IMG/VR virus record: IMGVR_UViG_3300020388_000009
DNA from: a virus
Lineage: Duplodnaviria; Caudoviricetes
Direction: 5' to 3' (one strand)
DNA: 64,000 nucleotides
The stretch's first letter is position 1; each line of letters opens with the position of its first letter. Under the pieces are notes generated by a model. It saw only the letters and a list, made by a program, of their open reading frames with translations. It did not search any database and was not told the DNA's origin. Made by a program: the position numbers and the translations under genes. This document shows positions 31,042 to 40,766 of this stretch, piece by piece.

Positions 31042-32397
31042 TTATTCAAAACCTGAATTTTGAGTTTCTTGGTATTTTCTAGCTAGCATTTGCCTAGCTA
31101 ATTCATTACCATTATCCATTTGCTTTTGAGTATCTTTACCTTGTATTGACGTATCTGTATATATGTCAAATTGTCCATTTGATGTATTCATTTTACTTGG
31201 TAATGTTATTCCATCCGGACCAAAACGATTTTTAATAACATGCCAGCGACCAGTTCCTGCCAATTTATCTTGTACTTTTCTTGATAATGATAATATGAAA
31301 TCTGCAACCATTACTTTACCATATGATTCAGAAACTTTACTAGCATCAATAACATCTTCTTCTAATGCAGATCTATTTGCTTGAGATGCAGTCCAGACTG
31401 GTATTTCATATTCTCCGGCCATTCCTCGTAAATCTTCATAAATACCTTCAAGTTCATGACGTTTTTCTTGACCATGGCCTCGTAAAAGATCTGCATAATC
31501 AACAATTATAACATCTGGCTTTTTATCTTGCATTATACATTTTTCAATATGAGATCGTATACCCATTACAGATACAGATTTTGTAGGATAATGTTTAATA
31601 ATTAATTCACCATTAATTTTAGTCAATTGTTCTTTAACTTCATCCATATAATGTTTTAGGTTCTGCTGAGCTATTCCTGTTATAACAGAATCATACCGCA
31701 ATCCTACATATGCTTCATTTAACTCTAATGTATAATGCAATACAGTTTTACCTTTCTTCACTGCATTTGCTCCAATATTCATTAATGCCCAGGACTTACC
31801 AATACCTGCCGGTGCAACCATAACTCCTAACTCACCTTTACCTAATCCACCATCTGTTAATTCGTTAATTACCTCCCATGGTGTTTCTTGTACATGTCTT
31901 ACTGCCTCACTATAACGTTCTTCAATATTAGTCATATATTCATGGCCAATATCTTTATCTCCACCTGATTTTAATGCATCATCAACAGCTGCCTTTATTT
32001 CTTCATATTTACCATGTTTAAGTAATTCTACCGAAGATAATATAGCTTTTTTAATTTCTTGATTTTTACAAAAATCTAATGCCTGTTCTTTAATGAATTC
32101 TAAATCTGGTGCATCTGTATATCGCCATGCGTCTTTAAGATGCTCTACAACTTGAGTTTTTAGAACATCATGATCTAAATCTTCCATCTTCACTTTCATT
32201 ACTTCTAATGTAGGTGATGATTTATATTCTTTATGGTATTCAAGGATTATGTCAACTATCCAGTTATTAGCTTCTGATTCGAAATATTTAGGAACCATTA
32301 TATCTGATATTTGTTGTAAAAAACTTTTATCAGTTAATAAAGCCGTTATAACTTTTACTTGAAATGCATATCCGTATGAACTTAATCTATCTGTCAT
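31042..32397 (-). CDS. Replicative DnaB-like helicase (T4 gp41-like)
   Basis: APAGIGKS, YTLEL, IIVDYADL, TASQANR, KNRFG. Confidence 0.95.
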   Translation of the reverse strand: MTDRLSSYGYAFQVKVITALLTDKSFLQQISDIMVPKYFESEANNWIVDIILEYHKEYKSSPTLEVMKVKMEDLDHDVLKTQVVEHLKDAWRYTDAPDLEFIKEQALDFCKNQEIKKAILSSVELLKHGKYEEIKAAVDDALKSGGDKDIGHEYMTNIEERYSEAVRHVQETPWEVINELTDGGLGKGELGVMVAPAGIGKSWALMNIGANAVKKGKTVLHYTLELNEAYVGLRYDSVITGIAQQNLKHYMDEVKEQLTKINGELIIKHYPTKSVSVMGIRSHIEKCIMQDKKPDVIIVDYADLLRGHGQEKRHELEGIYEDLRGMAGEYEIPVWTASQANRSALEEDVIDASKVSESYGKVMVADFILSLSRKVQDKLAGTGRWHVIKNRFGPDGITLPSKMNTSNGQFDIYTDTSIQGKDTQKQMDNGNELARQMLARKYQETQNSGFE

Positions 32398-32402
32398 ACT
32401 TA

Positions 32403-32430
32403 ATTATAATAATTTTTTTTCAATAATCAA
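32403..32430 (-). promoter_or_regulatory. Sigma70-like promoter TTGATT-N16-TATAAT (probably leaderless) for the helicase
   Basis: -10 lies 5 nt from the ATG at 32397. Confidence 0.6.
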
Positions 32431-33476
32431 AGAGAAGTGTAAGCATTTAATGCATTGAATGAAGTATGTAACCAGGAATCTAAATCTTTTATTACCGTAT
32501 ACATTTTATCTGCCATGAACATTTTCTTAAACTCATATGTATTTGTACGATCAACTTTACCTTTAACTTTATCCAGAGTTAACATTTTCGCGCCACCATG
32601 TATATTAACTTCTTTTAATTGCATAAGGTCATAATTTAGTTGCAATGTTTCTTTATTTTGTAACACAGTTTCATGAACTTTATATTTCTTATCAACGTTA
32701 TCCGCATATTCAACTATTTCATCAACTGTTATCTCTCTATCTTCACATATTATAGGAAAATGTTTAATCAAACTTTTTGTTCCTACACCCTTTATGCCAG
32801 GAATATTATCCGATTTATCACCAATAAACGTTCTGTACAACAAGTAATTTTCAGGACTAAATCCAAATTCTTCTTTCATTAGACTTGGAGTATATAACTT
32901 CTTTTTTATAGGACTCCATACTGAAATACGATCATTTACCAATTGTAAAAAATCTCTATCCGTTGATACAATAGTTGCTCTATTTTCTTTTTCTGTATAT
33001 AATTCATTGGCAATATATGCCATTATATCATCCGCTTCAACGTTATCAACTGATAATGTTGTAATTGGTAAACAATTAAGATATTGAGCCAATCTTCCAA
33101 ACTGACGGCGCATACTATCTTGTTCATCTTCTAATGAAGCAAATTCTTGATATCTATTAAATGCTGTTTTATTTGCACGATTGGCTTTGTAATTTGGATA
33201 AATTGCCTTACGACGTTTTGAACCACCTTTTCCATCAAATACAATTACACATCTAGTAGGTTTTAACTGACGGATATTGGCAGCAACGGACCGTAAAAAG
33301 CCCGTTACTCCTCCAATATGTTGTCCATCATCATTTAGAGCCGGAACGGCTGAAAACACTCTAATGAATGTATTCAGTCCGTCAATGATTAAAAGATGGC
33401 TGTCTTTACTTGACCCCGTTCCTTGCTCATGCTCCCTTTCCACTTCTCGTAGTATGTTAAGATATTTAGAATCCAT
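32427..33476 (-). CDS. 5'-3' exonuclease / flap endonuclease (T4 RNase H-like)
   Basis: IIDGLN, VFDG, YKANR, EADD, STDRDF, GDKSDNIPGIKGVG. Confidence 0.95.
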   Translation of the reverse strand: MDSKYLNILREVEREHEQGTGSSKDSHLLIIDGLNTFIRVFSAVPALNDDGQHIGGVTGFLRSVAANIRQLKPTRCVIVFDGKGGSKRRKAIYPNYKANRANKTAFNRYQEFASLEDEQDSMRRQFGRLAQYLNCLPITTLSVDNVEADDIMAYIANELYTEKENRATIVSTDRDFLQLVNDRISVWSPIKKKLYTPSLMKEEFGFSPENYLLYRTFIGDKSDNIPGIKGVGTKSLIKHFPIICEDREITVDEIVEYADNVDKKYKVHETVLQNKETLQLNYDLMQLKEVNIHGGAKMLTLDKVKGKVDRTNTYEFKKMFMADKMYTVIKDLDSWLHTSFNALNAYTSL

Positions 33477-34621
33477 TAGCTTTCTTCGTTAACAAATTCT
33501 TCTGATATCGTAACATCATCTATTCCAATGTCCTCACCCGGCTTATATTTAAGTATATATGCTTCACAGATTTGAGTATATATCTCATCTTTAAGGCCGT
33601 CAAGTTCTTCTAGTTTCTTTTCAAAATCTTTTGATAAGAATTTAACTTCAGAACCATCTGCTCTAGTAAATGTATACCATGCACCTGCTGTTGCTACTAA
33701 CTTAAACTGCTTCATAATGTTTAGCCATCCACCGTAATTATCAATACCTGATTCAAAATAGATATCATAATCAACAGTTTTTAATGGCGGTCCCATTCTG
33801 TTTTTAACCACTTGGCATCTAGTCTTGATTCCGATAGCCTGATCGACTCCATCTTTCTTAACTTTGATTTGACCAACTGATTTTAATCGTAACCGTACCG
33901 AGGCATGGAATGGAATAGCTTTACCACCAGAGGTAGTATAAGGATCACCAAATGCTACTCCTAATCTAGTCCTTAATTGATTTGTAAATATTAAACAAAT
34001 CTTTTCACGGCCTATCATATTAGTAAGCTTTCGCATACCTTTTGATAAAATGATAGCTTTACTAGTTGCATAACCATCTTTATCAAATTCCTTTGCCATT
34101 TCAATTTTCGTAGAAGCACCCATTACAGAATCCACTACAATTGTAACTAAACGATCTTTATTTGATTCACGTATTTTTACAACTATACTTTCAATTGCTT
34201 CAAATATATCTTCAATAGTTTCTAATGGAACATATAACATCTTTTCAAGATCAAGTCCAATTGCTTCTAAAAACTCTCGAGAGATTGCATTTTCAGTATC
34301 AATATAAACGGCTAGGCCGCCTTCTTTTTGACAATTTGCCAATGCATGGGCTGCTAGTAACGATTTACCAGATGCTTCTAAACCTGTAATTTCAGATATT
34401 CTTCCGACTGGAAAGCCACCTTCTTTACGATTTGAAATTGCAAGATCGAGCATTGATGATCCACTACCTACCCAGCCACGTACTTCGCTAGGAGCTTTTG
34501 TATCACCGTCTAAGAAAAATGCAGTTTGATATCCTGTATTCTTAAACTTTTTATTAAGACTATCGGCTAATTCTACAGCCAAAGAGTCTGCTAACTCGCT
34601 TTTCGTTTTTGATTTTGCCAT
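33476..34621 (-). CDS. recA: RecA/UvsX recombinase
   Basis: GLEASGKS, YIDTE, VVDS, FTNQLR, TSGGKAIPF, KNRMGPP, GAWY. Confidence 0.95.
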   Translation of the reverse strand: MAKSKTKSELADSLAVELADSLNKKFKNTGYQTAFFLDGDTKAPSEVRGWVGSGSSMLDLAISNRKEGGFPVGRISEITGLEASGKSLLAAHALANCQKEGGLAVYIDTENAISREFLEAIGLDLEKMLYVPLETIEDIFEAIESIVVKIRESNKDRLVTIVVDSVMGASTKIEMAKEFDKDGYATSKAIILSKGMRKLTNMIGREKICLIFTNQLRTRLGVAFGDPYTTSGGKAIPFHASVRLRLKSVGQIKVKKDGVDQAIGIKTRCQVVKNRMGPPLKTVDYDIYFESGIDNYGGWLNIMKQFKLVATAGAWYTFTRADGSEVKFLSKDFEKKLEELDGLKDEIYTQICEAYILKYKPGEDIGIDDVTISEEFVNEES

Positions 34622-34631
34622 TTATAGCCTT

Positions 34632-35405
34632 TTAGTCGTTGAATAACTCATCAAATGCAGCAGATACATCATCTACTTTATTGACACCAGCTGGAGCCGG
34701 TTCTGGAGCTTTTTGAGTTGTAACTGGTTCTGCTGTAGCCGTTTCTGTTTCTCCTTCAGGATTCAGATACGTTTCTAGAGCAGCTTTAAGATCATCATAT
34801 GATGGTTCTTTAAAAATTACTGCCAAATCTGGTTGCTGTTTCGCAACACGTTCTGCAACATTTTTATCTTCTGTCATCATAGTGACATTAGGCTTTACAC
34901 GAATTGATGTTTTTGGATATTGACCAGGACCATCTGCTGGAGTAAATTCTACTACAATGTCACGTCCGCCACTTGGATCTGTAATATCGCCATAATCAGG
35001 ATCTGTAATAAATCCTAATAGCTCTTGATAAACAGTTTTACCAAATCCCCACATCTTAACGCCTTCAGATTCTTTACCTCTTACAATTACCGGAACATAT
35101 GTTCTCATCTTAGGTTCCATCTGTTTACCTAGTTTCCATTCATCTGAATTACCAGATGCTTTTAACTTTTCACAGAACTCCACTACTGGATCTGGTTTTC
35201 CGTTTGTAACTGGAGATAAGTAATTTTTCTTACCTAAGTTGTAATGAAAATAAAGTTCTTGGAATGGATTATCTCTATCATGCTGATAAGGTACAATTCT
35301 TACTACTTGCTTGCCAGGTTCTGGCTTCCAGAGATTGTCGCGACGAGCGCCGGTTGTTTGTAATTGATTAAGTTTCGCTTTAATTGCGTCTAAATTAATT
35401 GCCAT
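34632..35405 (-). CDS. Single-stranded DNA-binding protein (T4 gp32-like)
   Basis: LWKPEPG..VRIVP, WGFGKTVY, DITDP..GRD, acidic tail FDELFND; beside the recombinase. Confidence 0.82.
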   Translation of the reverse strand: MAINLDAIKAKLNQLQTTGARRDNLWKPEPGKQVVRIVPYQHDRDNPFQELYFHYNLGKKNYLSPVTNGKPDPVVEFCEKLKASGNSDEWKLGKQMEPKMRTYVPVIVRGKESEGVKMWGFGKTVYQELLGFITDPDYGDITDPSGGRDIVVEFTPADGPGQYPKTSIRVKPNVTMMTEDKNVAERVAKQQPDLAVIFKEPSYDDLKAALETYLNPEGETETATAEPVTTQKAPEPAPAGVNKVDDVSAAFDELFND

Positions 35406-35447
35406 TTTTTTCCTTTTTTAATTATTAATGGTTATTTATTATTTGTT

Positions 35448-35476
35448 AATATAAGAAACTTATTTCACTCTACCAA
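35448..35476 (-). promoter_or_regulatory. Sigma70-like promoter TTGGTA-N17-TATATT for ssb-recA-exo
   Basis: Exact match to the repeated motif. Confidence 0.75.
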
Positions 35477-35500
35477 AGGTTTTTTGAAAAAAGTTTAAAT

Positions 35501-35524
35501 TTATTTGTTATTTGTTATTTGTTA
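35501..35524. repeat. 7-bp tandem repeat (TTATTTG)x3
   Basis: ttatttgttatttgttatttgtta, upstream of the ssb promoter. Confidence 0.8.
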
Positions 35525-35758
35525 AGCTATTGTCCATTGTCTAACACCAGACACTACATTTACCGCAGTAACGCGCCATGGTATTTTAAATGCTTGTAAA
35601 AATTCATTTGTATCTGCGACTGTTGTTTTCATTACAAATGTTTCTGCTAAACCATATGGATAACCGAACCAAGTATCCCATTTTTCTAATGCTTGAGATT
35701 CTGTGATAATATCACCGGGATTAAATGCTTTGAAATCTGCTGAATATACATCTGCCAT
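35522..35758 (-). CDS. Hypothetical protein (78 aa)
   Basis: Late motif at 35779-35786 and GAG SD-like upstream. Confidence 0.7.
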   Translation of the reverse strand: MADVYSADFKAFNPGDIITESQALEKWDTWFGYPYGLAETFVMKTTVADTNEFLQAFKIPWRVTAVNVVSGVRQWTIA

Positions 35759-35816
35759 AACTTACTCTTTTATTTAATATAAATATAATGAATAGTTTTC
35801 AATTATCCTAATTAAT

Positions 35817-36824
35817 CTACTTTGATGTTTCTACGAATTCAACATCATCATACTTAACCTCTACACTTTCGCCGTCATCTGTAAGACCAAAAAAGGACTC
35901 TGAGTCATTTGGATCAAATCCAGTAAGTTCTAATGAGACAAAAAATCCACTTTCAACTATTTTTTCTCCTCCAACAAAAGCTAAGGCACTATCATCTTTA
36001 CGAGCAATGTCTGATAAGGTTTTATAATCGAATGGTCCATTAACTCGGTCTTCATTGATTAGGCTTGCATCATTAGACATTGGCCGGCCTTTAAAAAGTT
36101 TTGCGTACTGTTCTTTTAACATTTTCGGTTTCTTAGTCGTTCTTTTACTTTCGTTTAAATTTTGTTCGCCCATATAATCATTAATAGCATCTATAATATC
36201 TTCATATGCTTCAATACTTTCATCTTCTACATTCCCCTCGTTTGCATCATAAACAGTGGTAAATATTGCACCATCACCTAAATATTCTTGAGTCGCCGTC
36301 CATTTTTCTCCATCCCAAGTACCTTCATATTCAACTTCTCCTTCATATCCAGAATCATTATCCGAAGGCTCTCTCATATCATCATGATCTTTCACTTCTA
36401 TTTTACCAGGTCCGGAGCCGTATATCTTTAATGGTCCTTTGGTACCGGTAGTTATAGATGTTAATCCCGTATATTTATCCATTCCATATACCCGGTTTAT
36501 CTCATCCTCATTATCCTTCACATACTTTTCAATAGTCCTAAAAACATCTTTTGGATCGCGAGTTATCTGAGATGGTGAAATACTTTGATTTTGATCGTCC
36601 ATATAATGCCATTCAGCGTAATCAGTATCGCCTGTTGCAACCTTGTACGTTTTTCCATTTGCTTCAATGAAGAAAATTAGCTTCTTGTAATGATTTTCGC
36701 CATGGTCTGTAACTTTAATTGCGGCTTCTGTAATTGGGGTTTCTGTAATTAGACTTGCATCATTAGACATTGACCGGCCTTTAAATAGTCTTGCATACTG
36801 TTCTTTTAACATTTTCTTTTTCAT
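35817..36824 (-). CDS. Acidic protein with duplicated leader; possible internal head (poly)protein
   Basis: KMLKEQYA(R/K)LFKGR(S/P)MSNDASLI(T/N)E occurs twice. Confidence 0.65.
   Translation of the reverse strand: MKKKMLKEQYARLFKGRSMSNDASLITETPITEAAIKVTDHGENHYKKLIFFIEANGKTYKVATGDTDYAEWHYMDDQNQSISPSQITRDPKDVFRTIEKYVKDNEDEINRVYGMDKYTGLTSITTGTKGPLKIYGSGPGKIEVKDHDDMREPSDNDSGYEGEVEYEGTWDGEKWTATQEYLGDGAIFTTVYDANEGNVEDESIEAYEDIIDAINDYMGEQNLNESKRTTKKPKMLKEQYAKLFKGRPMSNDASLINEDRVNGPFDYKTLSDIARKDDSALAFVGGEKIVESGFFVSLELTGFDPNDSESFFGLTDDGESVEVKYDDVEFVETSK
36058..36816. repeat. 69-bp direct repeat (36058-36126 and 36748-36816), 5 mismatches
   Basis: Direct comparison of the two segments. Confidence 0.9.
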
Positions 36825-37090
36825 TATCTGTATTGTCCTGTTTTAATTGCCTTTATTTGTTGCATCATAGCAGCTTTATCATCTCCTAAATCGTAAAGAA
36901 ACTCTTTCACTTCATCGTTATAAGCAGCAAATGGTCGTTCAGCTTCTGAATCTATGTTCATGCGTATAAAGTTGCCATACTCTTGTTTGTCCATATCCAT
37001 TACCATGTCTTCTAATTGCACACTCATGGCAAATAACGGATCTGCTGAAAGCGGATTATTTTCTTTTAATAGTGATTTTAATCGTATCAT
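36824..37090 (-). CDS. Small protein with MIRLKSLLKE leader; possible internal virion protein
   Basis: Late motif at 37108-37115, AGGA SD, leader ending in L-x-E. Confidence 0.65.
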   Translation of the reverse strand: MIRLKSLLKENNPLSADPLFAMSVQLEDMVMDMDKQEYGNFIRMNIDSEAERPFAAYNDEVKEFLYDLGDDKAAMMQQIKAIKTGQYR

Positions 37091-37118
37091 ATGGTTCCTA
37101 ATTTAATATAAATATATG

Positions 37119-37505
37119 TTACAAATCAATTCTTTTGAATAAATTCAAATGAATATGACGCACATCATTTCCGTCATTTAACATCAGCGAATTTTCATAT
37201 ACCGGCCAATTAATAATAAACTTTTTATCTAATACACCGTTATTTGTTTTTCTGATAATTGCATTCAATGCATTTACCGTGTATAATGTGTTAGTTTCTT
37301 TTTTTCTATGTATCATTATGGTATTTGGTGTTTTACCATAATCATCTGGTTCCACGTTATAAGTTACGTATAAGTCTGATCGGTTATCCGCATCCTCAAA
37401 CACAAATAATCTCTTTTCTGAAATAATATATGACTTTGCCACATAATCTGCCACCAACTCCAAATCTCTTTTATGTGCAAAAGTGCATAATAATTGTGTT
37501 TTCAA
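37119..37505 (-). CDS. Hypothetical phage protein (128 aa, TTG start)
   Basis: KTQLLCTF...HRKKETNTLYTVNALN; AAGGA SD before the TTG. Confidence 0.75.
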   Translation of the reverse strand: MKTQLLCTFAHKRDLELVADYVAKSYIISEKRLFVFEDADNRSDLYVTYNVEPDDYGKTPNTIMIHRKKETNTLYTVNALNAIIRKTNNGVLDKKFIINWPVYENSLMLNDGNDVRHIHLNLFKRIDL

Positions 37506-37508
37506 ATT

Positions 37509-38795
37509 TTATCCTTGTACTGCTAAATATTTGTATTTAGACATATTCATTTTTTCTTTCAAAGCAAATCTATAATTACCTCTAGTAACATGTGTTATAA
37601 CCCACTTTGACCAATCACCTTTATCTGTAAAATTAGGTTTTGGATTGCCCATAGAATACCATATCAATCCTTTTACATTATCAAAAAAGTCTTTTGTAAT
37701 AGTATTAAGTTCTTGTACCATTTGATTAGGATCTTTGACAAATGGATGTCTTTCTAATCTTTTAAACCAAATCATAGCATTTTGACTTTCATTATCAATC
37801 ACATCACCAACATTTATAGAAATTGCCTTGTCAGCACCAGATGATTTTGTAATTTTTTCGGCATCATCTGGTGATATAAAAAAGCTAGTTTTTTCTCCGT
37901 CTTGATTAACAGTAACACGCGCATCTTGTACATCTGTGTCTAATTTAGATTTATAAAAGATTTGATTCAATAAAACAAAACCTTGATACATATTTGACAT
38001 TGGCACATATGATACTTCTCTAAATATTCGTATTTTCTCATCAGGTATAGGTATAAAATATTCTTGTAATGTATCAACTAATTTTTCTAACGAATCCAAA
38101 GAACTTTCTTCAACTAACGGTTTTAATGTTTCAAATAAATCTGGACCTAATGGATCTGTTCTCATAGGCGAAACTGTGTCTCTGAAAAAATCTTGTAATG
38201 TATATGTTAAATCAAATTTTGTTGCCATACCATCTTTCGCAGGATCAAAATTAAAGTTTTTGGTTAATTCTTTAACTTCATAATCTCCATCTGCCATTAC
38301 AATATCTTTTTTACCAGTACCTCCTGTTTTAGTTTTATCAATCGCTAATAGGATCTGCATTTCTCCTCTACCTAATCCTTTAGTTTCGCCAATTGGTGCA
38401 AAAAACTTTTCATAAACTTTCCATCCATTACTTAAAAATTTAGATAAATTTTGTTTACGTAAATTATCTTGGAAATCTTGTTTTTCTTTTTCATTTAATT
38501 TTTCATAGGTAGCTAAAATTGTATTTACTTGAGCTTGTGCTAGACCCGCTTCTTTAGACATAACATCGGATAAATACGGAACAAATTCTTCATCAGCAGT
38601 TGCCTCTTTAACTGGCTTTGCATCATGAAATGCTTGATCTAACTGATCTACTTCTTTTGCAAATATAGAACCATTCACATCATTCTCTGTGAGAACTTTA
38701 TGTAATACGTCCATTTCTTTTTTTGAATAAGGGGCTGTTGCATATCCATTAGGAAGTCGGTAAAACCATTCGCGTATAATGCTTTCTTTATTCAT
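37509..38795 (-). CDS. Hypothetical protein with a possible PD-(D/E)XK nuclease motif
   Basis: GRGE...KDIVMADGDYEVKE; late motif at 38812-38819. Start MNKES at 38795. Confidence 0.5.
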   Translation of the reverse strand: MNKESIIREWFYRLPNGYATAPYSKKEMDVLHKVLTENDVNGSIFAKEVDQLDQAFHDAKPVKEATADEEFVPYLSDVMSKEAGLAQAQVNTILATYEKLNEKEKQDFQDNLRKQNLSKFLSNGWKVYEKFFAPIGETKGLGRGEMQILLAIDKTKTGGTGKKDIVMADGDYEVKELTKNFNFDPAKDGMATKFDLTYTLQDFFRDTVSPMRTDPLGPDLFETLKPLVEESSLDSLEKLVDTLQEYFIPIPDEKIRIFREVSYVPMSNMYQGFVLLNQIFYKSKLDTDVQDARVTVNQDGEKTSFFISPDDAEKITKSSGADKAISINVGDVIDNESQNAMIWFKRLERHPFVKDPNQMVQELNTITKDFFDNVKGLIWYSMGNPKPNFTDKGDWSKWVITHVTRGNYRFALKEKMNMSKYKYLAVQG

Positions 38796-38818
38796 AAACA
38801 CTTTCTTTTAAATAAATA

Positions 38819-40168
38819 TTAAACAATTTTAGAAGTCATGTCTGTCATGGCATGGTAATTTACCCCAGCTTTAATTTTAACCGGGAATTTACCAGCTTTA
38901 CTCATTACTGTACGTAACTTTATTAACAAATCTTTACCATCTGATACGTCGTAGTCAAATAATAACGAATCATAGGTATATAAAATTAATTTTGTGTTAT
39001 ATTCTGATAACAATTCATTTACTTCATTAATCACTGATAAATTATATTCTGTTTCAGATGCTTGAAGCATATAATTAAACAATTTATTAGGATTCATTTC
39101 ATGCAAATGTTTTTTATATAAAGGCCGTTTCATTAACGGAGTTTTAATATAACCTTTTGCTTTAAATATCTTCCATAAGAACTCTATAAACTGCTTTGTT
39201 TTTCCAAAAAACGGTACTTTTGCAAAGTCTTTGTCAATACCTCCATATAATAATCGGAATGTAATTTTTTTGGAGTCTTCATATTCTTGTTCTGATATAT
39301 CTTCTTTACCAAAATATTGTCGTGCAAAATATTCATGTATAGACCCTGCAGGTAAATCATATCCTATGATATCAGCAATAAGTCTAGGGTGATATGCATC
39401 AAAGTCCATTTCAATCAACATACCACGTTCCCATCGACTTACAAATGATTCACGGCATCCATCATCTTTATTCAATGCAGCATAATTTACTCCACCAAAT
39501 TTATTGGATGGTCTACCAGTAGTAGTCCATATATTATATTCTGTCTGTGCTTTATTATATTTTATACCATTTGCTTTGAAATGTGATACAAATTTTCCAT
39601 AATCTACTTGCAATCCAGATCTTTCAATTGATGCAAAATTATCCGTTACTACCTGTTCATATTCTTCAAAATCTTTTGTCTTTTCAAATGTATTATATGA
39701 CTTCATAAACTCTTCACGCATTGCAATACACCGTTCTATATGGCATGTCATTGGCAACCAATCATATGTATTAGTTTCATTATGCCACCACCGGTTCCAA
39801 ACATCATGAGCAACTGTATTTGTTTCGTTTAGCGGTAACATTCGATGAGATTGCCACCATTCTACCATATCCGCATCATAACACTTTATACCGGTAAAAT
39901 TAACGAATCGCTTTTTGGCTAAAACATAGATATCATGAAGACTAGTAAGGTCTTGTAGACGTTCGATATTGAGGTTTAAACAATCCATATGATGGAATGG
40001 AACAATATAATCAACGTCATTTACAATTGAATAAATGTATATAAAACATATGCGAGTATTTGTATAATGCTGAAAAGGATCTGAATATATTGGTATCCAG
40101 AATGATGCTCCGGCTTCAAGTGATATTAATACTTGTTGTAACTCTATTTCATCTTCGATTATCTGCAT
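38819..40168 (-). CDS. Divergent compact family-A DNA polymerase-like protein
   Basis: TTTGRPS, motif A DFDAYHPR, motif B SKKITFRLLYG, NYMLQASE, motif C YTYDS. Start MQIIED at 40168. Confidence 0.8.
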   Translation of the reverse strand: MQIIEDEIELQQVLISLEAGASFWIPIYSDPFQHYTNTRICFIYIYSIVNDVDYIVPFHHMDCLNLNIERLQDLTSLHDIYVLAKKRFVNFTGIKCYDADMVEWWQSHRMLPLNETNTVAHDVWNRWWHNETNTYDWLPMTCHIERCIAMREEFMKSYNTFEKTKDFEEYEQVVTDNFASIERSGLQVDYGKFVSHFKANGIKYNKAQTEYNIWTTTGRPSNKFGGVNYAALNKDDGCRESFVSRWERGMLIEMDFDAYHPRLIADIIGYDLPAGSIHEYFARQYFGKEDISEQEYEDSKKITFRLLYGGIDKDFAKVPFFGKTKQFIEFLWKIFKAKGYIKTPLMKRPLYKKHLHEMNPNKLFNYMLQASETEYNLSVINEVNELLSEYNTKLILYTYDSLLFDYDVSDGKDLLIKLRTVMSKAGKFPVKIKAGVNYHAMTDMTSKIV

Positions 40169-40175
40169 GTATAGC

Positions 40176-40204
40176 AATATAAGAAAAATATTTCATATAA
40201 CCAA
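40176..40204 (-). promoter_or_regulatory. Sigma70-like promoter TTGGTT-N17-TATATT (probably leaderless) for the polA-like gene
   Basis: -10 lies 7 nt from the ATG at 40168; sits at the structural/replication boundary. Confidence 0.75.
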
Positions 40205-40210
40205 ATGTAA

Positions 40211-40765
40211 TTACTTATAAAATTCTATTAAATCTGTTAAATAAAAACTTAATTCTGGAATATTTGAATTAAATATAACTCTTTCATTAGCTGCGCGTAC
40301 TGAATCTATAGGTCCGGATATTGACCATATAATTAACGCTTTATTATATAATCCAGCATCAATGCCAATTTTATTTCCAGCATTTATTGATTTATACGAA
40401 TCTTTATTAATTTCTATAATTTCAGATAAATCATTTTTTTGTTGTACAAAATACCTAGTAAAATTAGCTAATTCATAATCAGCATTTGTCAATTCCGGAT
40501 AATGATATTTTGGAGCTTGATAATTATTAAATCGTGCACCAGTTAGTTCAAAATATATACCAGTTTTTTCTGATTCTGTTGCCTGAGAATATTCTAAAAG
40601 TTCAACACTATAATCATTAAATGTTGCTTCTGAATATACTGCACCATTAGGATATCGATGATATACACCTATATATTCCTCATTATCTAAAGTCATATAT
40701 TCTTTGCCTTTAGTATAAAATCCGGTTTCTATTTTAAATTTAGGTGTATATACAGGTCGTTTCAT
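40211..40765 (-). CDS. Hypothetical protein, last gene of the baseplate cluster
   Basis: YTKGKEY...YIGVYH...RYFVQ; position. Confidence 0.6.
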   Translation of the reverse strand: MKRPVYTPKFKIETGFYTKGKEYMTLDNEEYIGVYHRYPNGAVYSEATFNDYSVELLEYSQATESEKTGIYFELTGARFNNYQAPKYHYPELTNADYELANFTRYFVQQKNDLSEIIEINKDSYKSINAGNKIGIDAGLYNKALIIWSISGPIDSVRAANERVIFNSNIPELSFYLTDLIEFYK

Positions 40766-40766
40766 A

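Noticed and set aside
23238-34621. Inteins, introns or homing endonucleases in polB, nrdJ, helicase or recA
   Set aside because: The proteins are normal length with contiguous motifs; no splice-junction or LAGLIDADG/HNH signatures seen.
35782-35811. A ninth sigma70-like promoter upstream of the 78-aa ORF
   Set aside because: TATATT is present but the -35 position reads TAGGAT; counted only as a late-type motif.
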